The position numbers were made by a program, and so were the translations under genes. This document shows, in pieces, positions 21,899 to 32,028 of a stretch of DNA of 64,000 nucleotides. The notes beneath the pieces were generated by a model that was given only the letters and a program-made list of their open reading frames with translations, was not told the origin of the DNA and made no database searches. The stretch comes from Candidatus Sulfomarinibacteraceae bacterium (GTDB lineage Bacteria > Acidobacteriota > Thermoanaerobaculia > Thermoanaerobaculales > Sulfomarinibacteraceae). Within the stretch, counting starts at the first letter, position 1. Each line of letters opens with the position of its first letter. The stretch covers positions 704,001 to 768,000 of the forward strand of contig CAWCLO010000001.1 in NCBI GenBank assembly GCA_963796455.1, in the 5' to 3' direction.

Positions 21899-23134
21899 TC
21901 AGCGCTTCATGATCTCATCGAGGGTCTTGAACCTGAGCGGCCAACCTTCCGGCAGCAGAGCGCGATAGGCTTGCGAAGCAAACCACTCCTCGTCACCGCG
22001 ATAGGTGGGAACCACCAAGCGGGGGAATCGGTTCAGGATCTCGCGATCCGGCACCGTTCGCATGGACTGCAACTCCAGGTTGCGTTCCTGGGTCTCCGGC
22101 AGTCCAGCCACAAACCCCTGCGCGGCTCGCAGCTGCATCAGCAGAAAACCCTCTTCGATCACCGGCCGACCCGCCCGTCCGCCAAGGAGCATGCGCGCCA
22201 TCAGATGACGTACGGCGCCGGCCACGCCCCGCTCGCTCAGTCTGCGGCGCCAACGTTCGCCTCGACTCGGAGGCATGGCCTCTGCACCAAAAGGGTCATC
22301 AATGATTGCTTCCAGCTCGGGTCGTTCCTTGGCAAAGGCCGTCATCCGATGCAAAAAGGTCGTATGGATGGCCGCCGCGAAGGCCGAGCGACACTCGTCG
22401 TCGGCACAGGCATGGAAGGTGCGCAGCGCATTTCTTTCAAAAAGCACACCACGGCGAAAATCCCCGAGTCCGGCGGAGGTCGCAGCGCCCCGGTGACGAG
22501 CCACCGCGTCCGGCGCTGCAACGGTCTCGCGGCCCGTTGCCCACAACCTCCAACCTAATTCAACGTCCTCGAAATATGCAAAGAGCTCGGGGTCGAAACC
22601 GCCGATCTTTTCCCAATCCGCGCGGCGCACGGCCATGTTGCCTCCGCAAGCGAATGGCAGCGCCTCTCCCCGTTTCGGCGGATCCATTTCCGACAGCGGA
22701 TAACCCTGGCCAATTTGAAAGGCGTGACAGTCGAATGTTACGGCGCCGCGGTTGAAGTCATGTCTGGTGCCGTCCCAACTGAGGAGGCGGCCGCCGCTCA
22801 CCGCGGCATGCGGATTGTCGGCGAGGGTGTCGAGATGGGCCTCGACAAATCCCTCTTCAGCGGCAGCATCGTCGTTGAGCAGGACGAGAACCTCGCCGCA
22901 AGCGGCTTCTGCACCAAGTCGAACGCCACCAGCAAAACCGAGATTACGTTCCGACCGGACGACAAGAGCCCACGGGTAACGGCGAGACGCCACGGCTTCG
23001 CACCCGTCGACCGAGGCGTTGTCGACGATCACGACCTCGAAAGCGCCCCGCTCGGCGTCAGCCGCCAACGAAGCGATACTGTCCTCGAGGTGATGGGCAC
23101 CGGCGTGGACGACAACGATGACCGAAGCTTTCAC
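21899..23134 (-). CDS. Glycosyltransferase family 2
   Basis: VDNASVDG, NLGFAGG, LLNDDA and GGFDPELFAYFEDVE motifs. Confidence 0.92.
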   Translation of the reverse strand: MKASVIVVVHAGAHHLEDSIASLAADAERGAFEVVIVDNASVDGCEAVASRRYPWALVVRSERNLGFAGGVRLGAEAACGEVLVLLNDDAAAEEGFVEAHLDTLADNPHAAVSGGRLLSWDGTRHDFNRGAVTFDCHAFQIGQGYPLSEMDPPKRGEALPFACGGNMAVRRADWEKIGGFDPELFAYFEDVELGWRLWATGRETVAAPDAVARHRGAATSAGLGDFRRGVLFERNALRTFHACADDECRSAFAAAIHTTFLHRMTAFAKERPELEAIIDDPFGAEAMPPSRGERWRRRLSERGVAGAVRHLMARMLLGGRAGRPVIEEGFLLMQLRAAQGFVAGLPETQERNLELQSMRTVPDREILNRFPRLVVPTYRGDEEWFASQAYRALLPEGWPLRFKTLDEIMKR

Positions 23135-24411
23135 CCGCCGCTCCTCTTGCGCCGGATCACACGTTGGATGCGGCGCAGCAAGGGCTCATCCCCGGCGACC
23201 GGACCCGGAGCCAATTCTTCGAATCGTTCGCGGTTCGGGTCGCGGCGCGGATTTGCGGCAAAATCGACGAGCGGTTGCGCTACAGCCTTCCAGCTTCGCG
23301 TGGCCGCCCAACGTCGAGCCGCGACGGCGGCACGCTCGAGCTGATCAGGATCATCGAGAAGTTCCACGACCGCGGCACCCAACAAGGCCGGATCTCCGGG
23401 CGGAACCACCGAGCCGGCCTTGTTCTCGCTCACAATGCGCGCCATGGTTCCGCCGGCGGTCACGACCGCCGGCAGACCCAACCACATCAGATCGACGAGT
23501 CGGGTCCGAAGGCTGAGATCGGTCTCGAATCCCGGCTGATGGGTGACGACGGCGAGATCACACACCTGTGGTACTTCGAAACGCCGTTCATAGGGGCGCC
23601 AGCTTTCGAAACGCACCGCACTTCCGAGCCACCCTTTGCTTTCGGCAAGCTCTTTGGTTCGTCTCGCCACCTTCAACGGAGTGAGCTCCGGGTGGGGGTG
23701 CTCGACAAAAACGATCACAGTACGAGGGTCCCGTTCGAGGAGGAGAGGCAGGGCCTCCAGCACCACGGTCGGATCGTACCAGTCATAAATCCCGCCGAAA
23801 TAGATCACCGGGGCATCGTCGGCAACGTCGATCAGAACCTCGCTCCGCGCTCGTGCCGGCGGTGGCTCCTCCTCCGGTGTTCCAAATGGGAGTTCGACGA
23901 TCAGTTTGTCGAGGTTTGGATCATCCTCGAGAGTCAAGGGGTTGAGCCGGCCGAGGGCGGTCAGCCAACCGAGATAATAGAGTCGCTGTTCCTCCGACGA
24001 ACACAGAAACAGATCTCCACGAGTCATCTGGAGGCGCCAGGTGGCGTGATCGGAACGGAAGGGCTCGAAGCCGAGCTCGCGGTGATAGTGAAGATTTTCT
24101 ACCAGAAAGGGGTCGTAGAGATCGACCACGACCGGGAGATCGTCTCGCTGGCCGAGGTAGTAATTGCCGAGATGGGCGTGCAACAGCACCCAGTCGTGCC
24201 CGTCAGCCTGTGCTCCGAGCCGATCCGGTTCGGCACCGATCGCGCGCACACCATTGCCTTTGACCGGCACCTCATCCGGGTCGTTGGGAACCGCCAGGGT
24301 CACCTCGTGGCCGGCATCGGCCAGAACCCTCGCCAGGGTCAGAAAGCGGGTCCCGACCCCGGCGGTGATCGCTCTCACCGGCTCCGGGCAGATGAGAAAT
24401 GCTCGGCTCAT
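23131..24411 (-). CDS. Glycosyltransferase (GT-B, family 4-like)
   Basis: GGIYDWYDP, RTRLVDLMWLGLP and GSVVPPGDP motifs; overlaps the GT2 gene. Confidence 0.8.
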   Translation of the reverse strand: MSRAFLICPEPVRAITAGVGTRFLTLARVLADAGHEVTLAVPNDPDEVPVKGNGVRAIGAEPDRLGAQADGHDWVLLHAHLGNYYLGQRDDLPVVVDLYDPFLVENLHYHRELGFEPFRSDHATWRLQMTRGDLFLCSSEEQRLYYLGWLTALGRLNPLTLEDDPNLDKLIVELPFGTPEEEPPPARARSEVLIDVADDAPVIYFGGIYDWYDPTVVLEALPLLLERDPRTVIVFVEHPHPELTPLKVARRTKELAESKGWLGSAVRFESWRPYERRFEVPQVCDLAVVTHQPGFETDLSLRTRLVDLMWLGLPAVVTAGGTMARIVSENKAGSVVPPGDPALLGAAVVELLDDPDQLERAAVAARRWAATRSWKAVAQPLVDFAANPRRDPNRERFEELAPGPVAGDEPLLRRIQRVIRRKRSGG

Positions 24412-24509
24412 GACCACCCTTTCGGCAATTGCTGCAGAGATATGACGACATCCTTCACAGCTGGAATGGTATCAGCACGGTGATATCATCGGGCAAGAGG
24501 GATACCAAG

Positions 24510-26288
24510 GTGCATCGCGACATCATGCCGCCAGGCACGACCACCGATATCACGGCCGCTTCCGCGTTGGTCATCGCCCCCCATTTTGATGACGACGTGC
24601 TCGGCTGCGGTGGTTTGATTGCCAAGCTCGCGGCAGAAGGCGCCGCGATCTGCGTGCTCTTTCTGACCGATGGATCAGGGGGTGTCGAGGCGATCGACAA
24701 CCGCAAGGCCTATGCCGAGCGTCGACACGCCGAAGCGCGCGAGGGCCTGGAGATTCTCGGGGTCACGGACATCGAGTTCGCAGATCTCCTGGACGGCTCC
24801 TTGACTACCCACATCGATGAAGCGGCCGAGGCCATTCGAAAAACCCTGATCGACCGCCGGCCCGAGCTGCTGCTGACTATTTCACCGCTCGAGATCAGCC
24901 CCGATCACCGCGCCACTTTTGCCGCTGTTCACAAGGTCCTGTCGCCCCTCCGCGGAGGCACCGACCTCGATGAAGCCGTGGCGAACACCGAGATCCTGCT
25001 CTACGAGGCCAATCACCCCGCATTTCCCGACGTCCTGGTGGATGTCAGTGATCAGATCGATCTCATTCGCCAGGCGATCGAGGCCCACGAAAGCCAGCTC
25101 GAGCTCCACAACTATCGCGAAATGACCCTCGGGCTGCGCAGCTTGCGAACCGCATCCCTGGCCCCTGAGATCACGGCTGCCGAGGGCTTTCGCCGGCTGA
25201 CCCTGAACGACTTCGTCAGCAACAGCCGCGCGGGACTGATCCGGAGCCTGGGCGGCGTACCCGAACTCCATGAGATCCTCGACGGCCCGCGCATCAGCGT
25301 GGTTGTTCGAACAAAGGATCGTCCCGAGCTCTTGGCTCAGGCACTGGAAAGCCTCGCGCAGAGCACCTATCGAAGGGTCGAAGTGGTGCTGGTCAACGAT
25401 GGCGGCGATGACCCGACGCCGCCAAGAGATTTTCCTTTCAAAATCGTAGCGGTCAACCTCGCCGAGAATCGCGGCCGCGCCGCGGCTGCCAACGCAGGAA
25501 TCGCCGCCGCTACCGGGGAGTGGGTCGCGTTCCTCGACGACGACGACCTGGCCGAACCGGAGCACCTGGCGACCCTGGCCGGTCTCACCGTCGCTGCCGG
25601 CACCAAGGTCGTCTATACGGATGCGGCGGTCGGAGTTTATGAACTCGACCCCCAACAGGGCTGGCGCGAGGTCGATCGGCGGCTGCCATACAGTCGTGAT
25701 TTCGATCCCGATCTTCTGCTCTTCGACAACTACATCCCGTTCAATACCTTGTTGATCGAACGCGGAGTCCTGGAGGCCGCCGGACCGCTCGACACCGATC
25801 TGCCCTTCTTCGAGGACTGGGACCTTCTCATCCGACTGGCGGCCCTCACGCCCTTTCACCACCTGCCGGCCGTCACCGCCGAATATCGCCATTTCCGCGG
25901 CGGGAGCCACCATATTTTCGGCGAACGACCCGCCGAGCGCGCCGACTTTCTGACCATGAAGTCGAAGATCATTAACCGCTATGGTGACCGCCAGAGCCCG
26001 GATTCGATCGCCCGGGTGGTGGATCTGCTGCGAGGCGAAACGGTCTCAGCGCTGGAGGCGGTATCGGCACGTGCGGCCGAGACCGAAGAAATCCGTCATC
26101 AATTCGCTGCTGAACGCACCGGATTGCTCGGCCAGATCGAGCAACTCCGCGCGGCGGCCCAGGACCAGGACGAAAACGTCCAGAATCTCTTCCTCGAGAT
26201 TCAGCGGCTCAGCGCGCTGATCGAAGAGATGGAAGGCACCAAGGCATGGAAGCTCCACCGCACCGCTGAAAAGCTCCGCGGCCGGTAG
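24510..26288 (+). CDS. PIG-L deacetylase / GT2 glycosyltransferase fusion with C-terminal coiled coil
   Basis: APHFDDDVLGCGG and PDH motifs, then ISVVVRT, FLDDDD and EDWD motifs; start is uncertain. Confidence 0.85.
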   Translation: MHRDIMPPGTTTDITAASALVIAPHFDDDVLGCGGLIAKLAAEGAAICVLFLTDGSGGVEAIDNRKAYAERRHAEAREGLEILGVTDIEFADLLDGSLTTHIDEAAEAIRKTLIDRRPELLLTISPLEISPDHRATFAAVHKVLSPLRGGTDLDEAVANTEILLYEANHPAFPDVLVDVSDQIDLIRQAIEAHESQLELHNYREMTLGLRSLRTASLAPEITAAEGFRRLTLNDFVSNSRAGLIRSLGGVPELHEILDGPRISVVVRTKDRPELLAQALESLAQSTYRRVEVVLVNDGGDDPTPPRDFPFKIVAVNLAENRGRAAAANAGIAAATGEWVAFLDDDDLAEPEHLATLAGLTVAAGTKVVYTDAAVGVYELDPQQGWREVDRRLPYSRDFDPDLLLFDNYIPFNTLLIERGVLEAAGPLDTDLPFFEDWDLLIRLAALTPFHHLPAVTAEYRHFRGGSHHIFGERPAERADFLTMKSKIINRYGDRQSPDSIARVVDLLRGETVSALEAVSARAAETEEIRHQFAAERTGLLGQIEQLRAAAQDQDENVQNLFLEIQRLSALIEEMEGTKAWKLHRTAEKLRGR

Positions 26289-26539
26289 CACCGGCCACAC
26301 AGCAGATACTGGATGCTGGATCCTGGATCACTGCTGTCTAAAACAGATTGTCATGAAGTTACCCACCTGACAACACGTGGTTTACGGGTTGGTTTTTGGC
26401 ATATACGGTTCGCGGTTGGCACGTACCCGATCCCGATCCCGAATTGCAGCGGCAGCGACAGTGTCCAGCGACAGCGACAGGCAACAGCGATCAGGGTTCA
26501 GTGATCGGCGGCAGCGGTCAGGAGTACAGGCGACGAAGT

Positions 26540-26675
26540 GGCCACCACCGGGTCGTTCAACAGAATGGGCAGCCGGTGGGCGGCCGATGTCAAGGACAGG
26601 CAGGGTGCAGGGCATCCTTGACATCGGCCGCCACACCGGCTTGTGGCAAAGGGCATGAACGACCCGGAGGTGACC
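26540..26675 (+). promoter_or_regulatory. Long two-tier inverted repeat overlapping the four-helix-bundle start
   Basis: 26540-26559 pairs with 26656-26675 (18/20); 26571-26596 pairs with 26615-26641 (one bulge). Confidence 0.8.
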
Positions 26676-27029
26676 GTGTCCAACGCCGCCACGAACACCA
26701 ACCTCGTTGCCCACTCGAAAGCCCTCGAAGCAGCAGGAATCGCGATCAAACTCGTGATGAGGGTTCCAGCTCCGCTGAAGCCTATTGCCGATCAGGTCAT
26801 CCGGTCGGCAAGTTCGGTCCCTGCGAACCTGGCAGAAGGGCACGGCCGAGTTGGTAGAGACCGATTGAACCACTGGAGAATCGCCTACGCCTCGGCCAAA
26901 GAGGTCGACAGCCACTTGCAACTCCTCGCCCACGCCGGGGCGATCAGCCCGAACGCAGCCAGTGAAGTGATGAACGCCTTCGATCAAGTCCGTGCGATGA
27001 CGTGGCGGCTGCTGAACCCGAAGAAGTGA
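26655..27029 (+). CDS. Four-helix-bundle protein (23S rRNA IVS protein / Avd-like family)
   Basis: ADQVIRSASSVPANLAEGHGR ... IAYASAKEV signature; 124 aa. Confidence 0.92.
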   Translation: MNDPEVTVSNAATNTNLVAHSKALEAAGIAIKLVMRVPAPLKPIADQVIRSASSVPANLAEGHGRVGRDRLNHWRIAYASAKEVDSHLQLLAHAGAISPNAASEVMNAFDQVRAMTWRLLNPKK

Positions 27030-27202
27030 GTGCTGTTCGCTGTCACTGCCCCTGCCGCTGATCGCTGACGTCTGCCGCTGACCACTGTTCGCTGACGCTG
27101 TCCCTGATCGCTGTCCGCTGATCCCCGTCCCTGTCCCCGATCGCTGTCTGAGACTCTGTCTTGGACAAGAGTGATCGAGTATCCAGCATCGAGTATTCAA
27201 CG

Positions 27203-27234
27203 AAAAACCCCCGCTCAAACGAGCGGGGGCGTTT
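27203..27234. terminator. Intrinsic terminator hairpin
   Basis: AAAAA-CCCCCGCTC-AAAC-GAGCGGGGG-CGTTT between convergent genes. Confidence 0.8.
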
Positions 27235-27250
27235 CTGATTCCTAATTCAG

Positions 27251-29173
27251 CTAGGCACCGTACTGCTTGATCGCTGCATCCAGTCTGGGCAGCAGGACAT
27301 AGATGAATCCCGCCACGCCAAGGATCGCGACCGCGAGCACCACGAACATCATGGTCGAGGGCTCGAGACCGCTGATAAAGCCGGATAGCTTGTTGCCGAT
27401 CGATGTCGACAGGAACCACCCGCCCATCATCAGACCGACCAGCCGTTTGGGCGCCAGTTTGGTCACCAATGACAGACCCATCGGCGACAAACAGAGCTCG
27501 CCGACCGTGATCACCAGGTAATAGATCACCAGCCACATCATCGCCGTCTTGATGGCACCATCCTGTCCGACCCAGGCGCCAAACGCCATCACCAGGAGAG
27601 AAAGCGAAGTAATCACCATGCCGTAGAAGATCTTGCGCGCAGTCGAGATCGGCCGGCCGCGAGTGGCCAACCAGGCGAAGAACCACACGACGAGCGGCGT
27701 CATGGCGACAACAAAGACCGGGTTCAGCAGGGCAGTCAGCATCTCGGCATTGACCAGCTTGAGATAACCCCCCGGCGCGAGCTCCGGCGTATCAGAACCC
27801 GCTTTGGCAAAGACTGCGTCAAAGGTCGGTTGCGAAACCAGGAGAACCGGGACCGTCTTGCCATCAATCGTCCGACCGAGAAGCACCCGGCGAAGTTCTG
27901 CAGCATTCTCCGGGCTGACCTTGACGCTCGTGGTCGTCACTCCGTGGGAATCTTTGCCGGTGACGATCTGGACATTGTCATCGTTGAAGACGCCGCAGGC
28001 CAGAAATCTTTCGTCAGCCGCGAAGGCCGTGGGATCCATGACTTGGATGTCCAGACCCGGGTTGGCCTCGAATTCATCGACCAGGCTCTTGCTCAGAATC
28101 CTCGACCCGAACATTGCCTCAGCAGCTGAATCGACCAACCCAAGGGTCCGCGGGTCGGGTCGGGGATCGTTCGGGCCCGCATTCGAAAAGTAGGTTGGCA
28201 TCGCCTTTTGCGCATAGACATTGGCGGCATTGGGAATCCACTCGGCGCGGCGGTCGGTATCGTTCTCCGCAAAGACCGTCATCAAACCACCACTCAGGTG
28301 GAGGACCATGAAGAAGGTACCGCCGGCGATAAACACCGGGATGAGGGCCGCCAGGCCTGGTTTCTCTTCGGGCGACGCCTTCTTCACGAGAATCACAAAG
28401 TAGGCAGCGATCGGAAGCATGCCGACGAGGAAGGCAAAGGTCACAGGTCCAATGGTGTTGACGACAAACGGCAGATACTGGCCGACAAAATAGCCGCCGA
28501 TACCAAATACCGCTGCAGGCAGAAGGATCGTCATCACGATCTGCTTCATGCTGACATCATCCGGGCTCGGCGCCGTCCGCGGTGGATCGGCCGCCGCGAG
28601 GGCTTTCCATTGAACAGACAAGATCACAACTGAAACAAGCAAACCGACCCCGGCGGCGGTGAAGGCGAGATTGAAGCTCCACAAATTCCTCAGCGGCGCC
28701 GACAACAAGGCCGAGGCGGCGGCTCCGATGTTGATGCCCATATAAAAGATATTGAAACCGGCATCGCGCTTTGGATCGCCGGGCTCGTAGAGGTTTCCGA
28801 CCATTGCCGAGATATTCGGCTTGAAGAGGCCGTTCCCGAGGCACAGGAGAATCAGCCCACCGTAGAAGGTCGGCATGCTCCGGATCCCGAGGCCGAAATA
28901 GCCGAGGGCCATCAGGAGACCGCCGATGAACACCGACTTGCGGAAGCCGAGGTAGCGGTCGGCGATCATACCTCCGAGGAACGGAGTGAAGTACACGAAC
29001 GCCAGATAGGTGCCGTAGATTTCGCCGGCGGTGGCGTTGGAGAGGCCCAACCCGCCGCGCTCGGTGTCGATGATGTAGAGGTACAAGATACCGACCATCA
29101 GATAGAAGCCCAACCGCTCCCACATCTCGGTGAAGAACAGAGACTTCAGGCCTTTCGGGTGACCAGCCAACAT
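27251..29173 (-). CDS. POT/PTR-family peptide:H+ symporter (MFS) with a large loop insertion
   Basis: GHPKGL, EMWER, GNGLFKPNIS, FYMGINIG and GELCLSP motifs. Confidence 0.93.
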   Translation of the reverse strand: MLAGHPKGLKSLFFTEMWERLGFYLMVGILYLYIIDTERGGLGLSNATAGEIYGTYLAFVYFTPFLGGMIADRYLGFRKSVFIGGLLMALGYFGLGIRSMPTFYGGLILLCLGNGLFKPNISAMVGNLYEPGDPKRDAGFNIFYMGINIGAAASALLSAPLRNLWSFNLAFTAAGVGLLVSVVILSVQWKALAAADPPRTAPSPDDVSMKQIVMTILLPAAVFGIGGYFVGQYLPFVVNTIGPVTFAFLVGMLPIAAYFVILVKKASPEEKPGLAALIPVFIAGGTFFMVLHLSGGLMTVFAENDTDRRAEWIPNAANVYAQKAMPTYFSNAGPNDPRPDPRTLGLVDSAAEAMFGSRILSKSLVDEFEANPGLDIQVMDPTAFAADERFLACGVFNDDNVQIVTGKDSHGVTTTSVKVSPENAAELRRVLLGRTIDGKTVPVLLVSQPTFDAVFAKAGSDTPELAPGGYLKLVNAEMLTALLNPVFVVAMTPLVVWFFAWLATRGRPISTARKIFYGMVITSLSLLVMAFGAWVGQDGAIKTAMMWLVIYYLVITVGELCLSPMGLSLVTKLAPKRLVGLMMGGWFLSTSIGNKLSGFISGLEPSTMMFVVLAVAILGVAGFIYVLLPRLDAAIKQYGA

Positions 29174-29318
29174 GTATTCACTCCCTTGGATTTGATCGAT
29201 CTGCCGTGCTGCGGCTCGATTCGAGCCAGCGATATCGTACAGTAACCGGCCACAGCAACCTATTTTTTTTCCGAGACCTCCATCGCTGCTGTACAGCGGC
29301 TGAGGTATGAAAAAGACT

Positions 29319-29412
29319 GGGCGAAAGGGGGAAAGCGAGAAAGGGTGACCCGTCCTCGAACCTATCGCGCCAATGCTCGGGCTCCCCTGCTCCCTTGCTC
29401 CCTTGCTCCCTT
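29319..29412. repeat. Two octamer tandem arrays (GGSGAAAG-like x3; GCTCCCYT x4)
   Basis: Directly visible between the AbgT and POT genes. Confidence 0.75.
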
Positions 29413-29448
29413 CCCTACGTCCGAATCCGAGATCATCGAGGGGCCGGA

Positions 29449-30993
29449 TCAAGGCTGGAGATAGAGCTCCGCGCCCGGGCCCAGCGGCAGACCGAGTAAC
29501 AGCCAGCCCACCAGCAGGATCATCCAGACAATCAAGAAGGCAATGGAGTACGGCAGCATGGTGGCGATCACCGTGCCGATGCCGCCCTTGGGCTCATAAC
29601 GCTGGAAGAAGGCCACGATCAGGGCGAAGAAGGACATCATCGGCGAGATGATGTTCGTGGCGCTGTCGCCGATGCGGTACACGCCCTGCACGAGTTCCGG
29701 CGAATAGCCGAGCAGCATGAACATCGGGATGAAGACCGGCGCCATGAACGCCCATTTTGCCGAGGCGCTGCCCATGCAGAGGTTGATGAGCGCCGCGAGC
29801 AGGATGAAGGAAAGCATCAATGGTATGGGCCCCAGACCCGAGGCCTTGAGGACCTCAGCACCCTTGATCGCGGAGATCATCCCGAGATTGGTGTACTTGA
29901 AATAGGCAACGAACTGCGCGGCGAAGAAAACCAGAACCATGTACAGGCCGAGCGACTCCATTGACTCCTTCATGCCCTTGATCACATCTGAATCGCTCTT
30001 GAATGTCCCGGCTGCAAAACCATACGCGAGCCCCGCCAACAGACCGCCGAGAAAGATGAATGTGACGATGCCATGCATGAATGGCGAGTACAGGACGCTC
30101 CCCGTTTCGGAATTGCGCAGAATCCCGTTCTCCGGCACCAGCCCGATCAGGACCAGCACCAGCAGGACGAGGCTGACCGCCAATGCCGACCAAAGGCCCC
30201 TTTTCTCGGCCGCGGTCATGTCGCGCAATTCTTCGCCCTCGGCCACCGCCTCACCGTGGTATTCGCCGAGACGGGGTTCGACGATCTTTTCGGTCACCCA
30301 GGTGCCGACCGCCGAAACCAAAAATGTCGAAACCACCATGAAGTAATAGTTGCAGGCAGGCGTGACTGTGTACGAGGGATCGACGATGCGGGCCGCCTCC
30401 TGGCTGATGCCCGCCAACAATGGGTCGATTGTGCCGAGAAGCAGGTTGGCGCTGAAACCGCCCGAGACCCCGGCAAAGGCCGCCGCAAGACCCGCCAGGG
30501 GGTGGCGCCCGACCGAGAGGAAAATGATGGCGCCCAGCGGCACCAGCAGCACATAGCCGACATCGCTGGCCATATTCGACATTACCCCGGCAAAAACCAG
30601 GGCAAAGGTCATCAGCCGGCGCGGGGCCGAGTGCACCAACAGGCGGATTGCTGAAGCGATGAGGCCGCTTTTTTCGGCCACACCGATACCGAGCATGGCC
30701 ACCAGAACGGTCCCCAACGGTGCAAAGCCGGTAAAATTGTCGATCGTGTGTTCGAGGATCCAGTGCAGGCCGTCACGAGAGATGAGATTGATCGGCAGAA
30801 CCGCCACCCCGTCCCTCGGGTTGATGGCGGACAGCCCGAGCTTGGCAAAAAACCATGACAGCCCGACCAGTACTGCGGCGAAGATCGCGAAAAGGGTCGC
30901 TGGGTGCGGCAGGGCGTTGCCGATTTTTTCAACGGCAGTCAGAAAACGAGAAGTCAGCGAGTGCCGCGCGCCTTTTACGGTTTTTTTACCCAT
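29449..30993 (-). CDS. AbgT-family transporter
   Basis: [25 protein letters not shown] and [13 protein letters not shown] motifs. Confidence 0.95.
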   Translation of the reverse strand: MGKKTVKGARHSLTSRFLTAVEKIGNALPHPATLFAIFAAVLVGLSWFFAKLGLSAINPRDGVAVLPINLISRDGLHWILEHTIDNFTGFAPLGTVLVAMLGIGVAEKSGLIASAIRLLVHSAPRRLMTFALVFAGVMSNMASDVGYVLLVPLGAIIFLSVGRHPLAGLAAAFAGVSGGFSANLLLGTIDPLLAGISQEAARIVDPSYTVTPACNYYFMVVSTFLVSAVGTWVTEKIVEPRLGEYHGEAVAEGEELRDMTAAEKRGLWSALAVSLVLLVLVLIGLVPENGILRNSETGSVLYSPFMHGIVTFIFLGGLLAGLAYGFAAGTFKSDSDVIKGMKESMESLGLYMVLVFFAAQFVAYFKYTNLGMISAIKGAEVLKASGLGPIPLMLSFILLAALINLCMGSASAKWAFMAPVFIPMFMLLGYSPELVQGVYRIGDSATNIISPMMSFFALIVAFFQRYEPKGGIGTVIATMLPYSIAFLIVWMILLVGWLLLGLPLGPGAELYLQP

Positions 30994-31114
30994 AAACTAT
31001 TGCCCCCCACTATTGGTTGGTCGATTCTACATGGGAGATTGCCGTTGGTTTTTGGAATCTTGGAACGGTACTTACCTGTTATCATCACCAGCGAACTTTT
31101 TAAAGGAGACCGAC

Positions 31115-31834
31115 ATGAAACAGAAAACTTCCCGAACCGGCGTCTTTGTTGTCGCGGCCGCCATGACGATTTGCTTCATTCTGACCGCCGTTCCGGCCCC
31201 CGCAGAGGAAAAGGCGCCGGCGAACAAGATGGTCCCCCGCGGCGAGTACGTCCGCCAGGGCTACAACGACGAGGCGACATTGGTTGTCGGATATAAGACT
31301 GCAAATCTCTCGGTCGGCAAGGAGTGGATGCTACTCGAGCTGGCATTTACCGTCTTCCCGGGCAACAACCAGTCCGTCAAGAGAGAGCAATTTGCCCTCG
31401 AAACTCCCGACGGAACAATGATCCAGATGGCCACACAGACCGAAGCTCAGGCTGAGACTTCAACCTTGAAGGCCCTGAACGCACGGGCCGACATCCAGCG
31501 TGAGCCGGTCAACTACCTGCCGAAACAGGCCCAGGTCGCCACCCCGATGTCATTTTTCGCCAACCCAGGCACACCGGGTGACCTCCCCTTCGATGTTTTT
31601 GGCGCCAGCGCTGAACAGGGCCGCTACGGCCGCATCTTCTTCAAAGTCCCCGGCGGCATCAAGTACGGCAGGTATTTCCTCCACCTCAAGCTCGCCAAGA
31701 GCCAGTTGACGGTTCCGTTGTACATCATGACCAAGGACCAATTGAAGGAAGCGAAAGCAAAATACAAAGAGTACGTGAAGGAACAAAAGAAGATCGCCAA
31801 GGAAGAAAAGAAAAAGGCCCAGGGCGGAAGCTGA
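31115..31834 (+). CDS. Secreted hypothetical protein with Lys-rich C-terminus
   Basis: AAGGAG RBS, signal peptide, terminator downstream. Confidence 0.8.
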   Translation: MKQKTSRTGVFVVAAAMTICFILTAVPAPAEEKAPANKMVPRGEYVRQGYNDEATLVVGYKTANLSVGKEWMLLELAFTVFPGNNQSVKREQFALETPDGTMIQMATQTEAQAETSTLKALNARADIQREPVNYLPKQAQVATPMSFFANPGTPGDLPFDVFGASAEQGRYGRIFFKVPGGIKYGRYFLHLKLAKSQLTVPLYIMTKDQLKEAKAKYKEYVKEQKKIAKEEKKKAQGGS

Positions 31835-31854
31835 GTCGTTCACCGATCATTTTC

Positions 31855-31886
31855 AAAGAGCCCGGAACTCCGGGCTCTTTTTTTTT
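31855..31886 (+). terminator. Intrinsic terminator
   Basis: AAAGAGCCCGGA-AC-TCCGGGCTCTTT followed by a T-run. Confidence 0.9.
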
Positions 31887-32028
31887 CTCTCAAATCTCTG
31901 CACGCAATCCTCGAAAGATCCGCCTTGACCTCCCCGCGAATCCGCTTTAGCGTTTTGGCAGCAACCTTTGATGAGATACGTGACGGGGGAACGAATTCGG
32001 CGCATGCCGGCGATACGAGGGGGGAACC

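Larger units (their letters stand above)
26329..27173 (+). mobile_element. Full-length TIR-bounded element copy C carrying a four-helix-bundle gene
   Basis: Ends CACTGCTGTCTAAAACAGA and TCTGTCTTGGACAAGAGTG; inverted CAGCGA/TCGCTG arrays around the ORF; no transposase inside. Confidence 0.88.

Noticed and set aside
26655..27029. Avd-like gene as part of a diversity-generating retroelement or a 23S rRNA intervening sequence
   Set aside because: There is no reverse transcriptase, no TR/VR pair with adenine-specific mismatches, and no rRNA sequence nearby.
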